Assembly: GCF_030144855.1 (NCBI RefSeq)
Contig: NC_082722.1
Span: 28,892,001 to 28,956,000 of the forward strand
DNA from: Hypanus sabinus
Taxonomy: Eukaryota
Direction of reading: 5' to 3'
DNA: 64,000 bases
Shown: one piece after another, positions 23,151 to 35,310 of the stretch
Layout: each line of letters begins with the position of its first letter
Numbering within the stretch: position 1 is the stretch's first letter
Position numbers and translations under genes: made by a program
The notes under the pieces: model-generated
The model's database searches: none
The model's input: only the letters and a program-made list of their open reading frames with translations
Told to the model about the DNA's origin: nothing

Positions 23151-26100
23151 CTTTATTCTTTTCAAAGCTTTTTATTATATTATTCAAAAATAACACAAGA
23201 ACATCTAGGTAACAACACTTACAATGCCTCAAGGAAAAAAAATTACCTTAAAAATTTAAAATTTTGTGAATAAAAAAAACCTACGAAGCAAAAAAGTGGG
23301 GGGAAACCATTAGGGGTACAACCTCAGAGCCATGCATCATACAAAAAGCTTCTAAAAATAAACATCAAACCGCAAGAAAGAAAACCGCAAGAAAGAAAAA
23401 TATATTTTAAAAATTTTCAATTAGATCGTGGAGAAGATCTATCAATTAGCTCAAATGATAATAGCGAGCAAATGAGCCCCATCTTTTCTCAAAATTAAAT
23501 AAAGGTTCAAAGGTTCAACTTCTAATTTTCTCCAAACTAAGACATAACATCACTTGAGAGAACCATTGTGACAAAGTAGGAGCTGATATATCCTTCCACT
23601 TCAACAAAATGGCCCTCCTAGCTATCAATGTAAACTGTTGGTCAAACAGAGAAATACCATGGATATTTTGAGGCATTATTCCAAAAACCGCAGTCAATTT
23701 ATTAGGTTGTAGGTTAATTCTGAGTGCTTTAGAAATTGTTGAAAAGACTGACTTCCAGAACTGTTCCAGTATGGAACATGACCAGAACATATGTGTCAAT
23801 GTACCTATCTCAGTTTTACATCTATCACAATAACTATCAACATTGGGAAATATTTCAGAGAGTCTCTCCTTCATCAAATGGTAACGATGCACAATTTAAA
23901 ATTGAATCAGTGAATGACTAGCACAGCTCGAAGAAGAGTTAACCAGCTTCAGAATCCACGCCCAATTCTCCCATATAAAAGTCAAACTGAGTTCCTTTTC
24001 CCAATCCTGTTTAATCTTAAATAAAGGATGCTTATCCCATTGTAATAATAAATTATAAATTCTTCCAATAGAACCCTTCATCGAAGGGTTCATACTCATA
24101 ATAGTATCTAACAGGTCAGCCTCCAATATGTAAGGAAAATTACTTAAATATTTTTGTAAAAAATGTCTAACTTGAAGGTATTGTAAAAAGTGTGAATATA
24201 AGAGAGAGTATTTATTGACTAATTGTTCAAAAGACATCAGTATGCCTTCTTTAAATAAATCCAAAACAGAATTAATACCTTTATTTTTCCAAAGTAAAAA
24301 AATTGGATCACTCAAAGGTAGTTTAAAAAAGTAATTACGATAAATTAAACTACAAAGTGTTTAAATTTTTTTAGTTTAAAAAAATTGTGGAACTTGAGCC
24401 AAATTTGTAAAGAGTGCTTAATCACAGGATATAGGTTTAAATTAGCAACTTTAGCTAATTGTATAGATAAGGCAACTCCCAATAACGAGGTTAAAAAAAA
24501 CTATTTCACAGCTCTCAGTTCCAGGACTACCCAAATTGGCCGATCATTCCGATCAACCCAATATAACCAAAAGGACATATATTGCAAATTAACAGCCCAG
24601 TAATACATTCTTAGATTAGGAAAAGCAAGACCTCCATCCTTTTTCAACTTTTGTAAATGACATTTACTAATTCTTGGTTTTTTATTATTCCAAATAAAAG
24701 ATAGAATAATAAAATCAATCCAATCAAAAATCTTCTTAGTCAAAAGAACAGGAATATTCTGAAATAAATATAAAAATTTTGGTAAAATCATCATTTTAAC
24801 TACATGAACACGACCAAAAAGTGAAAATGTAAGTGGACTCCATCTACTAAATAAATACTTCACAAAGTCCACTAAGGGAACAAAATTGGCTTTATAAAGA
24901 TCCTTATATTTTTTTGGTAATTATAACACCAAAATATCTAAAAGAATCCATAACTTTAAAGGGAATATTATCATATATAGAGACGGATTTAAAGGAAGCA
25001 ATTCACTTTTACTAAAATTTATTTTATATCCTGAAAAATTTCCAAATTCATTAAATAATTTTAGCAAAGCAGGAATAGATTTGTCAGACTTAGATATATA
25101 AACCAATAAATCGTCAGCGTAAAGAGAGATCTTGTGCATTGTCTCATACACAAAAATCCCATGAATATTTTTGGCTTCACGAAGAGCAATAGCAAGGGGT
25201 TCTAATATCAAATTAAATAACAAAGGACTTAATGGACAACCTTGTCTTGTCCCCTGTGATAGCTGAAAAAAAAGGAGACCTACAGTTGTTGGTGATAACA
25301 GTAGCAATAGGAGCTTTATATATCATTTTAATCCAATTATTAAAATTAGCACCAAAACCAAATTTTTCTAAAACATTATATAAATATTTGCATTCGACTT
25401 GGTCAAGTGCTTTTTCAGCATCCAAAGATACAATGCATTGTGGAGTTTTCGAAGAGGGCGAATATATAATGTTAAATAGTCTACAAACATTTGAAAAAGA
25501 ATAGTGACCTTTTATAAAGCCTGTTTGATCTTTAAAAATAATTTTACCCAAAATACTTTCCAACCCTTTGGCCATTATCTTTGACAGAATCTTAGCATCA
25601 ACATTCAATAATGAAATAGGTCTGTATGAGGCACAATCAGTAGGATCTATATCCTTTTTAAGAATTAAAGAAATAGAAGCTTCATAAAAAGTACAGGGGA
25701 AATCACCTTTCACAAAAGAATCTTTGAACATCTCCAACATATATGGAGAAAGCAATTTTCCAAATTTTTTATAAAATTCTACAGGATAACCATCAACTCC
25801 AGGGGCTTTACCAGACTGCATTGAAAAAATAGCTTTATGAATTTCAGATTCAGTAAGCTGGGCATCAAGAGTTTTTTGATCCTCAGCAGAAATTTTAGGA
25901 AAATCAATCTTGCGTAAAAAAGCATACATTTCTGAAGAAACTACTGGACATTGAGATTTATCAAGTTCAGTATAAAAATCTTATTAATTTCTTCATATTC
26001 CCAAGCCAGGGTACCATCCTTTCTACAGATTTTCAAAATTTACCTTTTGGCTCCAGCCATTTTTAATTGAGGTGGAAGCAGTTTGTTATTTTTAATCTCC

Positions 26101-26268
26101 AAATATATAAAATTGGTTCTTTAACTTAAGCAAATACCCTTCAATTGGATGAGTTAATAATAGATTATACTGTTGTTGAAGTTCCACCCTTTGTTTAAAT
26201 AAATCAATATTAGGGGTAGTTGCAGAGATATTATCTAAATCTTTAATTTGTTTTGAAATTTTATCTAA
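23151..26268 (-). mobile_element. L1-clade LINE, 5'-truncated, in EDC4 intron 4
   Basis: RT motifs KAPGVDGYPVEFYK, YRPISLLNVDAKIL, SLDAEKA, GTRQGCPLSPLLF, SLYADD, C-terminal CDRC..HMFWSC; 18-bp TSD TTAAAGGAA(G/C)AGATTTTA at 23133-23150 and 26269-26286. Confidence 0.92.
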
Positions 26269-26394
26269 TTAAAGGAACAGATTTTAAATGGTTTCCACTA
26301 CAATGCATCAACATAACCTGCAGCTCTTTAAATTATGCAAGGTTCTTATATTTAAAAAAAAGCTTGCTTATGTGCTATTAAGAAGGATGCTCAC

Positions 26395-26494
26395 CACGAA
26401 TGGTATATGCCAAGTACTGATTGGACACAGCTATGAGGTTGCCATAGTAATATTTCTGCTCCCATTCATATTTTGCAACAGGTTGTATTTTTAC
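26395..26494 (-). CDS. EDC4: EDC4 coding exon 4
   Basis: VKIQPVAKYEWEQKYYYGNLIAVSNQYLAYTIR; TTTTAG/GTGAG; 100 nt (absent from the ORF track). Confidence 0.95.
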
Positions 26495-26556
26495 CTAAAA
26501 GAATAATACATCAGTTACTTTCCTGGAACAAAGACAAACCTTGTTACTCAATCTCA

Positions 26557-26772
26557 AACACGAGGAAATCTGCAGATGCTGGAAATTCAAACAACACACA
26601 CAAAATGCTGGTGGAACACAGCAGGCCAGGCAGCATCTAGAGGGAGAAGCACTGTCGACGTTTCTGGCCGAGACCCTCCGTCCTGACGAAGGGTCTCAGC
26701 CTGAAATGTCAACAGTGCTTCTCCCTATAGATGCTGCCTGACCTGCTGTGTTCCACTAGTATTTTGTGTGTG
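26557..26772. mobile_element. Palindromic non-autonomous PLE-tail element
   Basis: ~93-bp inverted arms (26590-26682 / 26685-26777); 16-bp flanking direct repeat TTGTTACTCAATCTCA at 26541-26556 and 26773-26788. Confidence 0.85.
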
Positions 26773-27706
26773 TTGTTACTCAATCTCAGTTTTCCTTATT
26801 GTCACCCAGACTTAGGAGTTTTATAACTAAGACAATCTAACAAACTGCCCTATCCTGCACAAAAAATGAAAAATGTACACACTTACATCTTGAAATCTTC
26901 ATCATCTTGCATTCACAAGATATGTATAAAATAATTCAAAGTAACAACATGAAGTTTTACATTTTAAATAGATATAATGAAAATTTAGTTCACTGTTTAT
27001 TTGGACAGCTTCCTTAACAAACTAAAATAAATCACAGTTTTAAAGATTTGGTCAAATAGTGGAAGGAAAATGCAGTAGATATTAGTGTTGAAATTACGGC
27101 AAAAACACAAGAAATAGTCAGGTCAGGCATCATTTATGGAAAAAAGGAAGAGAAGTAACATATCAGGTTTCAATGTTATTTTTCACTCTTCAGGCTTCAC
27201 CAGCTCTAGGAAAAGTAAGAAACCATTTATCACATTAATAGTGATTAAGTGAGTTAAAATAATTAATTTTCTTTTGCTAGATTCTTCAATGAGATTTAGT
27301 GGAAGTCAAACAAGCCAATTACAATATTTAGTCATAATGGAAATGGAATTACCTCCAATGATTAGTACAAGTATTAAACATTCTCTCTTAATTCTCTGTT
27401 AGCTGCTTCACTTTACATCCAACTTAAAGATAAACTTCTTACTTTTAGATTCCAGAGTGCTGTGAAAAATATAGCTATATTGTATTATTGACAAGCCAAT
27501 AATAATTTTACATTGAAGATTACATTTCATTGTCGTATGAAAGCCAACTGTGATTGTTCTCTGGAATGGACTAATTAATAGGTAACATTGATTCTTGGAA
27601 CACGTTATTCCAAATGAGAATGATCTCCATACAAAGTGGATTTAAAATCCTAATTTAATGGCATGCATAAAAACATTTGATGCCCTGTAAGAACAGCTTG
27701 GATTAC

Positions 27707-27815
27707 CTTGTTGCTACCTCTAGCCTTATTACTGACACTGGAGTCATTGCTTGCTACAATTTCCACTTCTTTGGCAGATATAACACAGTTTGAACTGTCA
27801 TCACCAGAGAGATAT
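27707..27815 (-). CDS. EDC4: EDC4 coding exon 3
   Basis: YLSGDDSSNCVISAKEVEIVASNDSSVSNKARGSNK; AG/GTAAT; 109 nt. Confidence 0.95.
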
Positions 27816-28153
27816 CTAGAAAAAGACAATGGCATCAGTGGAGCTTTATATTCTTAAAACGAAGTAACTAACAAACAACTCAGTAGTGCTGAAAATTGTT
27901 TTCCAGAATAGCAATTTCTTCATTTTTGTCCACAGACTCATGTTTCACATGGACAAAACAAGTTCATCGTCAACAGGTAATAGCAAAACACACAACCTCG
28001 GTAATCACAAAGTTATGAGCAATTAACAAATAATACACCTTGTACATTTCTTCTATTTTTGACAGGAGGACAAGAGAAGTAGCAAACATGTTCCAACAGC
28101 AAACTACATGCTTCTTGACATGAACTCAATGTATAAATAGTACAGCATCTTAC

Positions 28154-28310
28154 ATCTCTTGGGTTTCTTGTTGGTTCAGTCTGTGTGCATTGGCGTGGTT
28201 TGACTCTCTGAGAACAGGTCCATCGCCAGCTGCAATAGGATCGGGAACCAACAATCCATTCAGTTCTCCATTGTAGGGCATAGTTTTCTTTTGGCCATTA
28301 ACTGTTGATT
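28154..28310 (-). CDS. EDC4: EDC4 coding exon 2
   Basis: AG/GTAAG bounded, 157 nt; ESTVNGQKKTMPYNGELNGLLVPDPIAAGDG... (human YNGDLNGLLVPDP); phases 1/2. Confidence 0.93.
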
Positions 28311-29469
28311 CTAGTAAGCAGAAGTAGTCACAGAAAACAATTAAAAATCATACCTCAAGTTTGTGATAAGTAAACCTCAAAAGAAGCAAATTAAAATAAG
28401 TGTCTTGAATCAGAGTCCCATCTAAATGCAGGTAAGTGCAACAAAAATGCCATAGTGCAACTAAGAAATAATCTGCATGCTGTCAAATAGACTTCCGTAT
28501 TTAATTAGACACATTGACATTGACAGCAACAGTATAATGGAGAGTCTTAGTCTTTCAGTTACTCAAAAGAAAACATGGTTCATTCAAGATTGATCAGGTA
28601 TTGAACCATGATGACAGCGAGGACAAACGCAAAGAATTCAAATATAAATTAATTGGAGGTACCTTATGGTGACTTTGAAATCAAGGTTGAGGATGATAGA
28701 AGCCATGGAAAGGAAACCAAGTAGAAAATATTTTGTAAGGGGATAAATTGGTAAACTGAGCAATGAACAAAAGCAGGGCAAATATAAAAAAAATGAGAGC
28801 ACACCCATGAGTTTTTCTTCAATCTTTTTTAACTTCTTCCAATTACAAATCATTGTTATTAATATCCTCCAGAACCTGCCACTGATTTCTTCTGGTAAAG
28901 TTTAGGGAGAGTTACCAACAAAGGGTCTCAAGAAATTAGATTTACCAATGTTGGCAGATAATGAATTTGAAAACGCAAATGTGAAAAGCAAGCCTGGGGA
29001 GCAGCAGTAGATATGCCAAAGATAGGTGCAGTAAAAGGCCAGAGAGCCAAGATTTCATAACAAATTGCCAGCTCTGATTGTGGTTTCCATCAAGTCAGAG
29101 GATATTAATATTATTCTATGCAGAGGAGCTAATCTCATTTGTAGAGCTCTGCTGAGTAATGCTGAAAACAGTGGGATCCCTTGTTTAATCAAGAATTAAG
29201 AACATTGGGAGATTTGCCTTTTGTTCAGGGAATGTGCCAGAGCAACCAATGAGCAAATTTAAGTGTGGACATGCCATATTAGAAGACAAACAAATAACTA
29301 CAGCACAAATGACTTCTAACCAGCAAAAACTTAATTAAGATGCAGTTAAAGAAGATAGCAGAGTTTTCAAACTGAAGTGGTTGATCTGGAAGCTATTAAC
29401 ATGTTTGATATTAAACACATGCAAAAATATTGAACTCCAATACTGTAAAAATCTCCTAATCAACCAGGT

Positions 29470-30290
29470 TGGAGCACATGGAATGAGGGGGAATATATAT
29501 GACATGAATAATGAATTTACAGAATGAACACAGAGGGATCCTTCTCAGATAGGAAGGCTGTGACTGGTGATATATCCCAAGATACTTGGGCCCCACACAG
29601 AAAACAAATTCATATTTCCAAGTTTGTTGGTGATAAACTGGGTGGGATTAGAAGTACAGAAAATAATGTATAGAGGCTTCAATAGAAATGGAAAACCTGA
29701 GTGGGTAAGTAAGAACACGCTAGATGGAATATAATATGAAAAGGATGAAATTATCCATTTTGGAGCACCAAACAGAAACTCTGATTAATTTTAATTAGTG
29801 AATGCAGATAGGGTACTGTTTAAGTCCAAATTGACTAAGGTGCTTACACACAAGTTACTAATGAATATCAGGTGAAAATGAAAGCAAATGACATATCTGA
29901 TTTATAATGAGGTGAAACATAGAGACTGCAGAAGCTGGAATCTGGAGAAACACCAATCATCTGAAAGAATTCAGTGGGTCAACCAGCCAAGTTCTTCCAG
30001 AAGATTGTGTTACATAATAATGAAAGGTTGTGATTACAGTTAAGAAAATTTTATTACAATTATATAGGGCTTAAGTAGGTCCATATCAGAAATATGGTGG
30101 ACAGTTTTGGTATAGTTACCCAAAATAAGGTAAAGGGAATGTAGTAAAGATGCACCGGTTGGTTGCAGGGATGACAGGTTTGCAATACAGAGAGGTGAGT
30201 ATCAAAACACAAAACATTATTAAAAGACTTGACAAGCCAGTTGCAGGAAAGATGTTTCCTCTGGCTGAGGACAGTAGGACCAGAAAACTT
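29470..30290 (+). mobile_element. Old CR1 RT fragment with a small embedded PLE-tail relic
   Basis: Decayed VTGDI-Q, ISKFVGD-KLGG and YGGQFW-like motifs; DKPVAGKMFPLAEDSRTR. Confidence 0.55.
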
Positions 30291-30819
30291 TTTAGAATTA
30301 TTTTCCTTTTATTAATCATTAGTAATCTGAAACAAGCACCAAATTTCAGCTGGTTTTAACTGCATATTTTATCATTGCCAACAGAGTCGCCAGTCTGCTT
30401 TTAGAAATATTATATATCTGCAGTTGAAATTAGAGGTGTATATTGATATTAATTAGGTTGAAAGATGTCTTGAACAGACTTCATCCACTTGACATAATGG
30501 GCTCAATTTAACAAAATCATTTCTTAAAATTAACTATATAATACACACAAATTACTTTTGAAGCAAACTAAAGCAATGAAAATGGAACTCTTTAGACATA
30601 ATAAAGTTTACAGGGGGAAATCATATGCATGTCATATCTGTTCAGTATTGTGTAGGAGGTAGACCTCACTGATAGTAGCAGAATATTACAGTGGATGTAC
30701 AGAAAGTGCTTTGTAGGGCAGACATGATATAATGGAAAGAATCAAAAATGTAGATTTCATTTGCAGAGGTTTCTAAGGGTCATTCAAAGGTGTTATTGTC
30801 CTTTATAAAAGTAATTTTT

Positions 30820-31420
30820 TTTACAATCGTAGGATCCTGCCGGGCATACTGCAGGTGTATCCCAACAGTGAGTTGCTCATCAGCAGAATGAGCTGGATTT
30901 TACGTGAATCGTGCTGCTGCCTATGCTTGAGAGGAGTCAGTGCGTGAAAGCGGCGGGCAGTCCAACAGTGAGAGATCGTCCTAGTCACTTTCTTGTGATC
31001 GCAATACCCTGTTGGACATTGTTCATGAGGAATGGCACAAGTCAATTCTTTGGTTTATTGGCAGATGGTGGGGAGCTGCCTCAGCTGTAGCGAAGCCTAG
31101 GCCTCAAGCCATGCTGTTACCTGTCTACTGCTACCCAGGAAACAGGCGGAGTTGGTGCACTGTGGCAGTGTGGCGTAGTGTCCAAGCTGAAGTCGGTGCT
31201 GCCCCACCCCCCAGCATCTGCTTAGCAGAAGAAAGCCATTTTGTAGTCAACTGCAGATTTCTGCAACATTCATTGGCTCAGGTTCTTAGGCTATTTTTTC
31301 TGTGATATTAATTTACTGATATCTTATGCTGTTTGTTGTGTGACTTTTGGTGCTGTGTATCCATGGGTATTCATGTATGGCTGAAAGACAATTAAACTTG
31401 AACTGAACTTGAACTTAATA
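30820..31420 (+). mobile_element. Non-autonomous retroposon with (AACTTG)n tail
   Basis: GC/CpG-richer body ending ACAATTAAACTTGAACTGAACTTGAACTT; family not identified. Confidence 0.5.
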
Positions 31421-31789
31421 TATGAAGCAAATGCATGGAATTAAATGTATGAAGTTAATGATGAGCTACAAGACTGTAACAATACAATAGGACCAAGAGG
31501 ACCACCAGTGCCATGGCTGATCAGCCCCAGGCCTCAATTCCAGTTATAAAGAGCTGTTAATTCTCAAACATTCAAAAGGGTACATCTCCCTCCTTTAATT
31601 ACCTGCAATAATCTAGCCTCTACAAGCCAATGAAAAATTCATCTTTGAGAGAAGAAACACCTCAGTTTTAAGCCTCACTAATCGTTAACTGAGTCACCTC
31701 ATTTAAAACTCTCGAATTAGTGGAAACATCTCAGCATCTACTACGTCAATGCCCTTAGGATCTTATATCTTAATGAGATACACGATCTT

Positions 31790-33005
31790 ATACTCGACCA
31801 CAATCATACCAGTACCCAAGAGCAGGGTGAGCTGCATCAACAACTATTGCCTAGTTATGCTCACATTTACTGTGATGAACTTCTTTGAGAAGCTGGTCAT
31901 AGCCAGAATCAATGCTGCCCAAGGTCCACTGCAATTTACCCATTGCCATCCCACTGGCTCTCCACTCAGCCTGGACAATAGCGATAGCTATGTCAAGCTG
32001 CTGTTTATTGATCACAGCTCTGCATTCAACACCATCATACCTCAGTACTAATCAACAAGCTCCAAAACCTGGGTCTCTATAGCTCCCTCTGCACTGGATA
32101 CTTGACTTACTCATCAGGGGGTCAGTGCAGATCAGTCTTCACTTTGCTGACAATCAACATTAGCATACCTCAAGCGTGCATGCTTAACCCATTGCTCTAC
32201 TCTCTCACACGATAGTGTGGCTAAGCACAGCTCATACACCATCTATAAATTTGCCAATGACACAACTATCGGAAGAATTCCAAATAGTGACAAGGAGACG
32301 TACAGGAGTGAGATACATCAGCTGGTTGAGTGGTGTCAAAAGAACCATCTTGCACTTAACATCAGTAAAACCAGGGAAGTGACTGTGGACTTCAGGAAGA
32401 GGAAGTCAAGGGAAAACATAACAATCCTCATCAAGAGATCGGCAGTGGAAAGAGTAAACAGTTTTAAGTTCCTGCGTGTCAACATCTCTGAAGATCTATC
32501 CTGTACTGAACATACTGATGCAGTTACAAAGAAGGCACAACAGCAGCCATATTTCATTAGGAGTTTGAGACGACTTGGTCTGTCACCAAAGACTCTCACA
32601 AATTTCCACAAACATACCATGGAGAGCATTCTAACTGTTGCACCACAGTCTAGTACAGAACGGCCACTGCACAAGAATGGGAAAAGCCACAGAAAATTTT
32701 ACACTCAGTGATATCATGGCCAGTAGTCTCTCCAACATCAAGGACATCTTCAAAAGTTAACGCCTCTAAAAGGTGGCATCCATCATTTAGGACCCAGAAC
32801 ATACCCCCTTCTCATTGCTACCATTAAGGTGGTGGTACAAGAGCCTGAAGACACACTCAACATTTTAGGAACAGCTTCTTCCTCACCATCTGACTGGATA
32901 CTACTTATTGTAATTTGCAGTATTTTTTTTAAATGTACTGCAATGTATTGCTGCCACAAAACATATTTCACAGCATATGCCAATGATATTAAACCAAATT
33001 CTGAT
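31790..33005 (+). mobile_element. Rex1/Babar-type LINE RT fragment
   Basis: YVKLLFIDHSSAFNTIIP; KFANDTTIG; LALNISKTREVTVDFRK; FKFLRVNISEDLS; tail ATTAAACCAAATTCTGAT. Confidence 0.85.
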
Positions 33006-33591
33006 CTTTATATCTTTCAAGATCATGCCTGGATTATTGTTTTTTTTAAAAGAGTGTAGCTCTTTTCTTAAGAAAGTAGGGCTAGGACAACACTCTCTTA
33101 TGGACAATCCCTCCTGAACTGCTTCCAATGTTAGTATAAATAAGGGGTCTGAAATGGCACAGAGTGTTTCAGATGTGTCCTCACCAATAATTTGTACAAT
33201 TGTAGCAACTTCTATTTCAACATTAATCTCTCTAGTAATGAATGTCAATATCTCTTGCTTTCTTAATTGTTCTACCTGTTTGCTAACATTGTTTTAAACA
33301 TAATACCTAGATCTTTCGATACATCAGAGAGAAGGCATGTAGATGGGATTGAGAAGGAAAATAAATCAACCATGATTGAATGGCGGAGCAGATTTGATGG
33401 GCCATATAGCCTAATTCTGCTGCTATGTCTCAAGGAAATGAGGCAGAACTTCTTTGCTCTAAAGAAAGAAGTTTGGATACACTACCCCAAGAGTTTGTCA
33501 ATGCACAAGCAATATTTTCATTCAAAACAGAACTTGACAGACTTCAGAATATTAGGAAAATCAAAAGATGTGATTAAAAATGGGTCTAAGG

Positions 33592-33666
33592 CAGGGGTTC
33601 CCAACCTTTTTTTAGCCATGAACCAACACCATTAAAGTGTCCGTGGACCCCAAGTTGGGAATCATG
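33592..33666. mobile_element. hAT (Charlie-like) miniature element
   Basis: CAGGGGTTCCCAAC...GTTGGGAATCATG termini; same family as 60900-60976. Confidence 0.6.
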
Positions 33667-33927
33667 GTCCCATTTGTGTAGATTACATAAGAAAACAATT
33701 TCCCTCTAATCCAAATTCTCATAGAAGCTAACTATAAACAACAATTGTACTATGAAATCATGTACAACATGGAACATTACAACAAATTGTAAATTTTAAA
33801 GTAAACCATAGTTAGAATTAACTTTCAAAAAGCTTTACAGCATATGGGAACAGACATGAGGATAAACAGCAACAGAACTTAACTTTGTTCTGACAAGGAA
33901 CTTCACTACCACATTCAAACCAGTAAA

Positions 33928-34128
33928 AACACAAGAGGTCCTGGAGATGCTAGAAATCTAAAGCAACAAACAGAAAATGTTGGAGGAACTCAGCAGGTCA
34001 GGCAGCATCTAGGGAGAGGATTAAACTGTCCTCCTGATGAAGGATCTCAGCCCAAAACATTGACCGTTTATTTCTATCCGCAGATGCTGCCTGACCTGGT
34101 CTGTTTTTCCAGCGTTTTGTGTGTAGCT
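33928..34128. mobile_element. Older palindromic PLE-tail element
   Basis: Minus-oriented tail followed by plus-oriented CTGATGAAGGATCTCAGCCCAAAACATTGAC..GATGCTGCCTGACCTG..TTTTGTGTGTAGC. Confidence 0.75.
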
Positions 34129-34499
34129 TGGAACCAACAGGCCCTTTTTTAAAAAAAAACAATTTTCAGAAGTAGGAACAGGTGGACTGGATTCAAAGTG
34201 AGAGTAAAGAAAAATGTCATAATGATTAGTGATCAGGTCCTAGCGATGTACCAAAACCAGTATGTCAGCAAAAAGAACGTTCAGTCATATAACATTAGAA
34301 ATCTACAACGTATTGATTATCAGTACAGCCATGATCAAAGCAGTTGACATGAAGAATAAGCTGCTCTATCTGTCAATTCTTACAGCAGTCCAGAAAAAAT
34401 TGATTATTTAAGCATACACAGTATCCAGAATAAGCAAAATAAAACTCCTGAGATTGGAGCAGCAATTATTGACCTGAAGAAATATTATTCTACTGGATA

Positions 34500-35070
34500 A
34501 TAAGGCGAGGACGATCGCTCTGCGTCCAGGACAGCCAAGCCTTGCCGGCATCAGCTCTCAGCCCGTTCCCACCACACAAACGGCCTGCGACAGCGGAGGG
34601 AACCATCCTCTGGCATGATAAGCGTTGAGCCAGCCGTAGGCGGGGCCACCGTAGCTCTGGTACCGGAGGCCCGGGTTCTCAGGTGCAGTCAGCGGTACAC
34701 CTCTCCACCGCAACCCCCCGCCCCCTACCACCCCGGAGACACGGCGCAAACACCGGTTCTCCTCCCACTCAGGCCTCACTGCGTGCGGCTCCCACAAGTT
34801 TCATCCTTACCGGACACGCGGTCCAGCTTCAACATGTCCCGCAGGTGCTGTGTGGCGTTCTGAATGTCCATCTTAGCGGCAGAGGTCGGCGGCGGCAGAG
34901 AAGGAGGAGGAGGAGGAGACGAAGCCATGGCGGCGGCCCGGGAACCAGAACATGCGCGCGCACACGCGCAGCCGCCTCTCCGAACCGTCAGCTGTGCCAC
35001 GCGAAAAAGGTTCCTTTCCGGTGCAACCGGCTCTAAACTCCTCCCTGCTGGCGCCCCAGGCAACAGGTCG
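34500..35070 (-). promoter_or_regulatory. CpG island / EDC4 promoter and 5'UTR
   Basis: The main CpG-rich, GC-rich stretch of the window, over exon 1; NRF1-like TGCGCGCGCA at ~34953-34962, E2F-like TTTTCGCG (minus) at ~35000-35008, ETS-like CCGGAA (minus) at ~35016-35021. Confidence 0.8.
34811..34928 (-). CDS. EDC4: EDC4 (enhancer of mRNA-decapping 4 / Ge-1) coding exon 1
   Basis: Kozak GCCGCCATGG; translates MASSPPPPPSLPPPTSAAKMDIQNATQHLRDMLKLDRVS, matching the EDC4 N-terminus (human IDIEDATQHLRDILKLDR); donor G|GTAAG, 118 nt, phase 1. Confidence 0.95.
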
Positions 35071-35097
35071 TTGCTTCAGCAGACAGTACTGTGTATG

Positions 35098-35310
35098 TAT
35101 AGTGAATTCCGGTTAATTGGGACACATCAGGACCAGTATGTTTTAGTCCAATTGAGAAGCTGTCTCAGTGAGCCGAAGCTTCACGAAAATAATTAAAAAG
35201 GTATAAAAAAAGACAAACCCGTTTAACAGAGTAAAAATTCGTGTTTTTAAATGAAATACCCAACAAATCAGAACACTACCAATACTGCTACACTATAAAA
35301 CTGTATTAAT
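35098..35310. mobile_element. Tc1/pogo-like MITE fragment abutting the EDC4 promoter
   Basis: Terminus-like TATAGTGAATTCCGGTTAATTGGGACACATC; the partner terminus was not found. Confidence 0.4.

Noticed and set aside
23515-25929. Long RT-like ORFs as an active or domesticated gene (also 51642-55137)
   Set aside because: Multiple frameshifts and stops, 5' truncation and TSDs show dead L1 copies
26650-26690. Sense-strand hammerhead in EDC4 intron 3
   Set aside because: The minus strand reads AGGACGG in place of CUGAYGA; the inversion junction destroys the core
34929-35063. Upstream in-frame extension of EDC4 in the ORF track (34776..35063)
   Set aside because: It starts at TTG, runs through GC-rich promoter sequence where open frames are expected, and a perfect Kozak ATG exists at 34928
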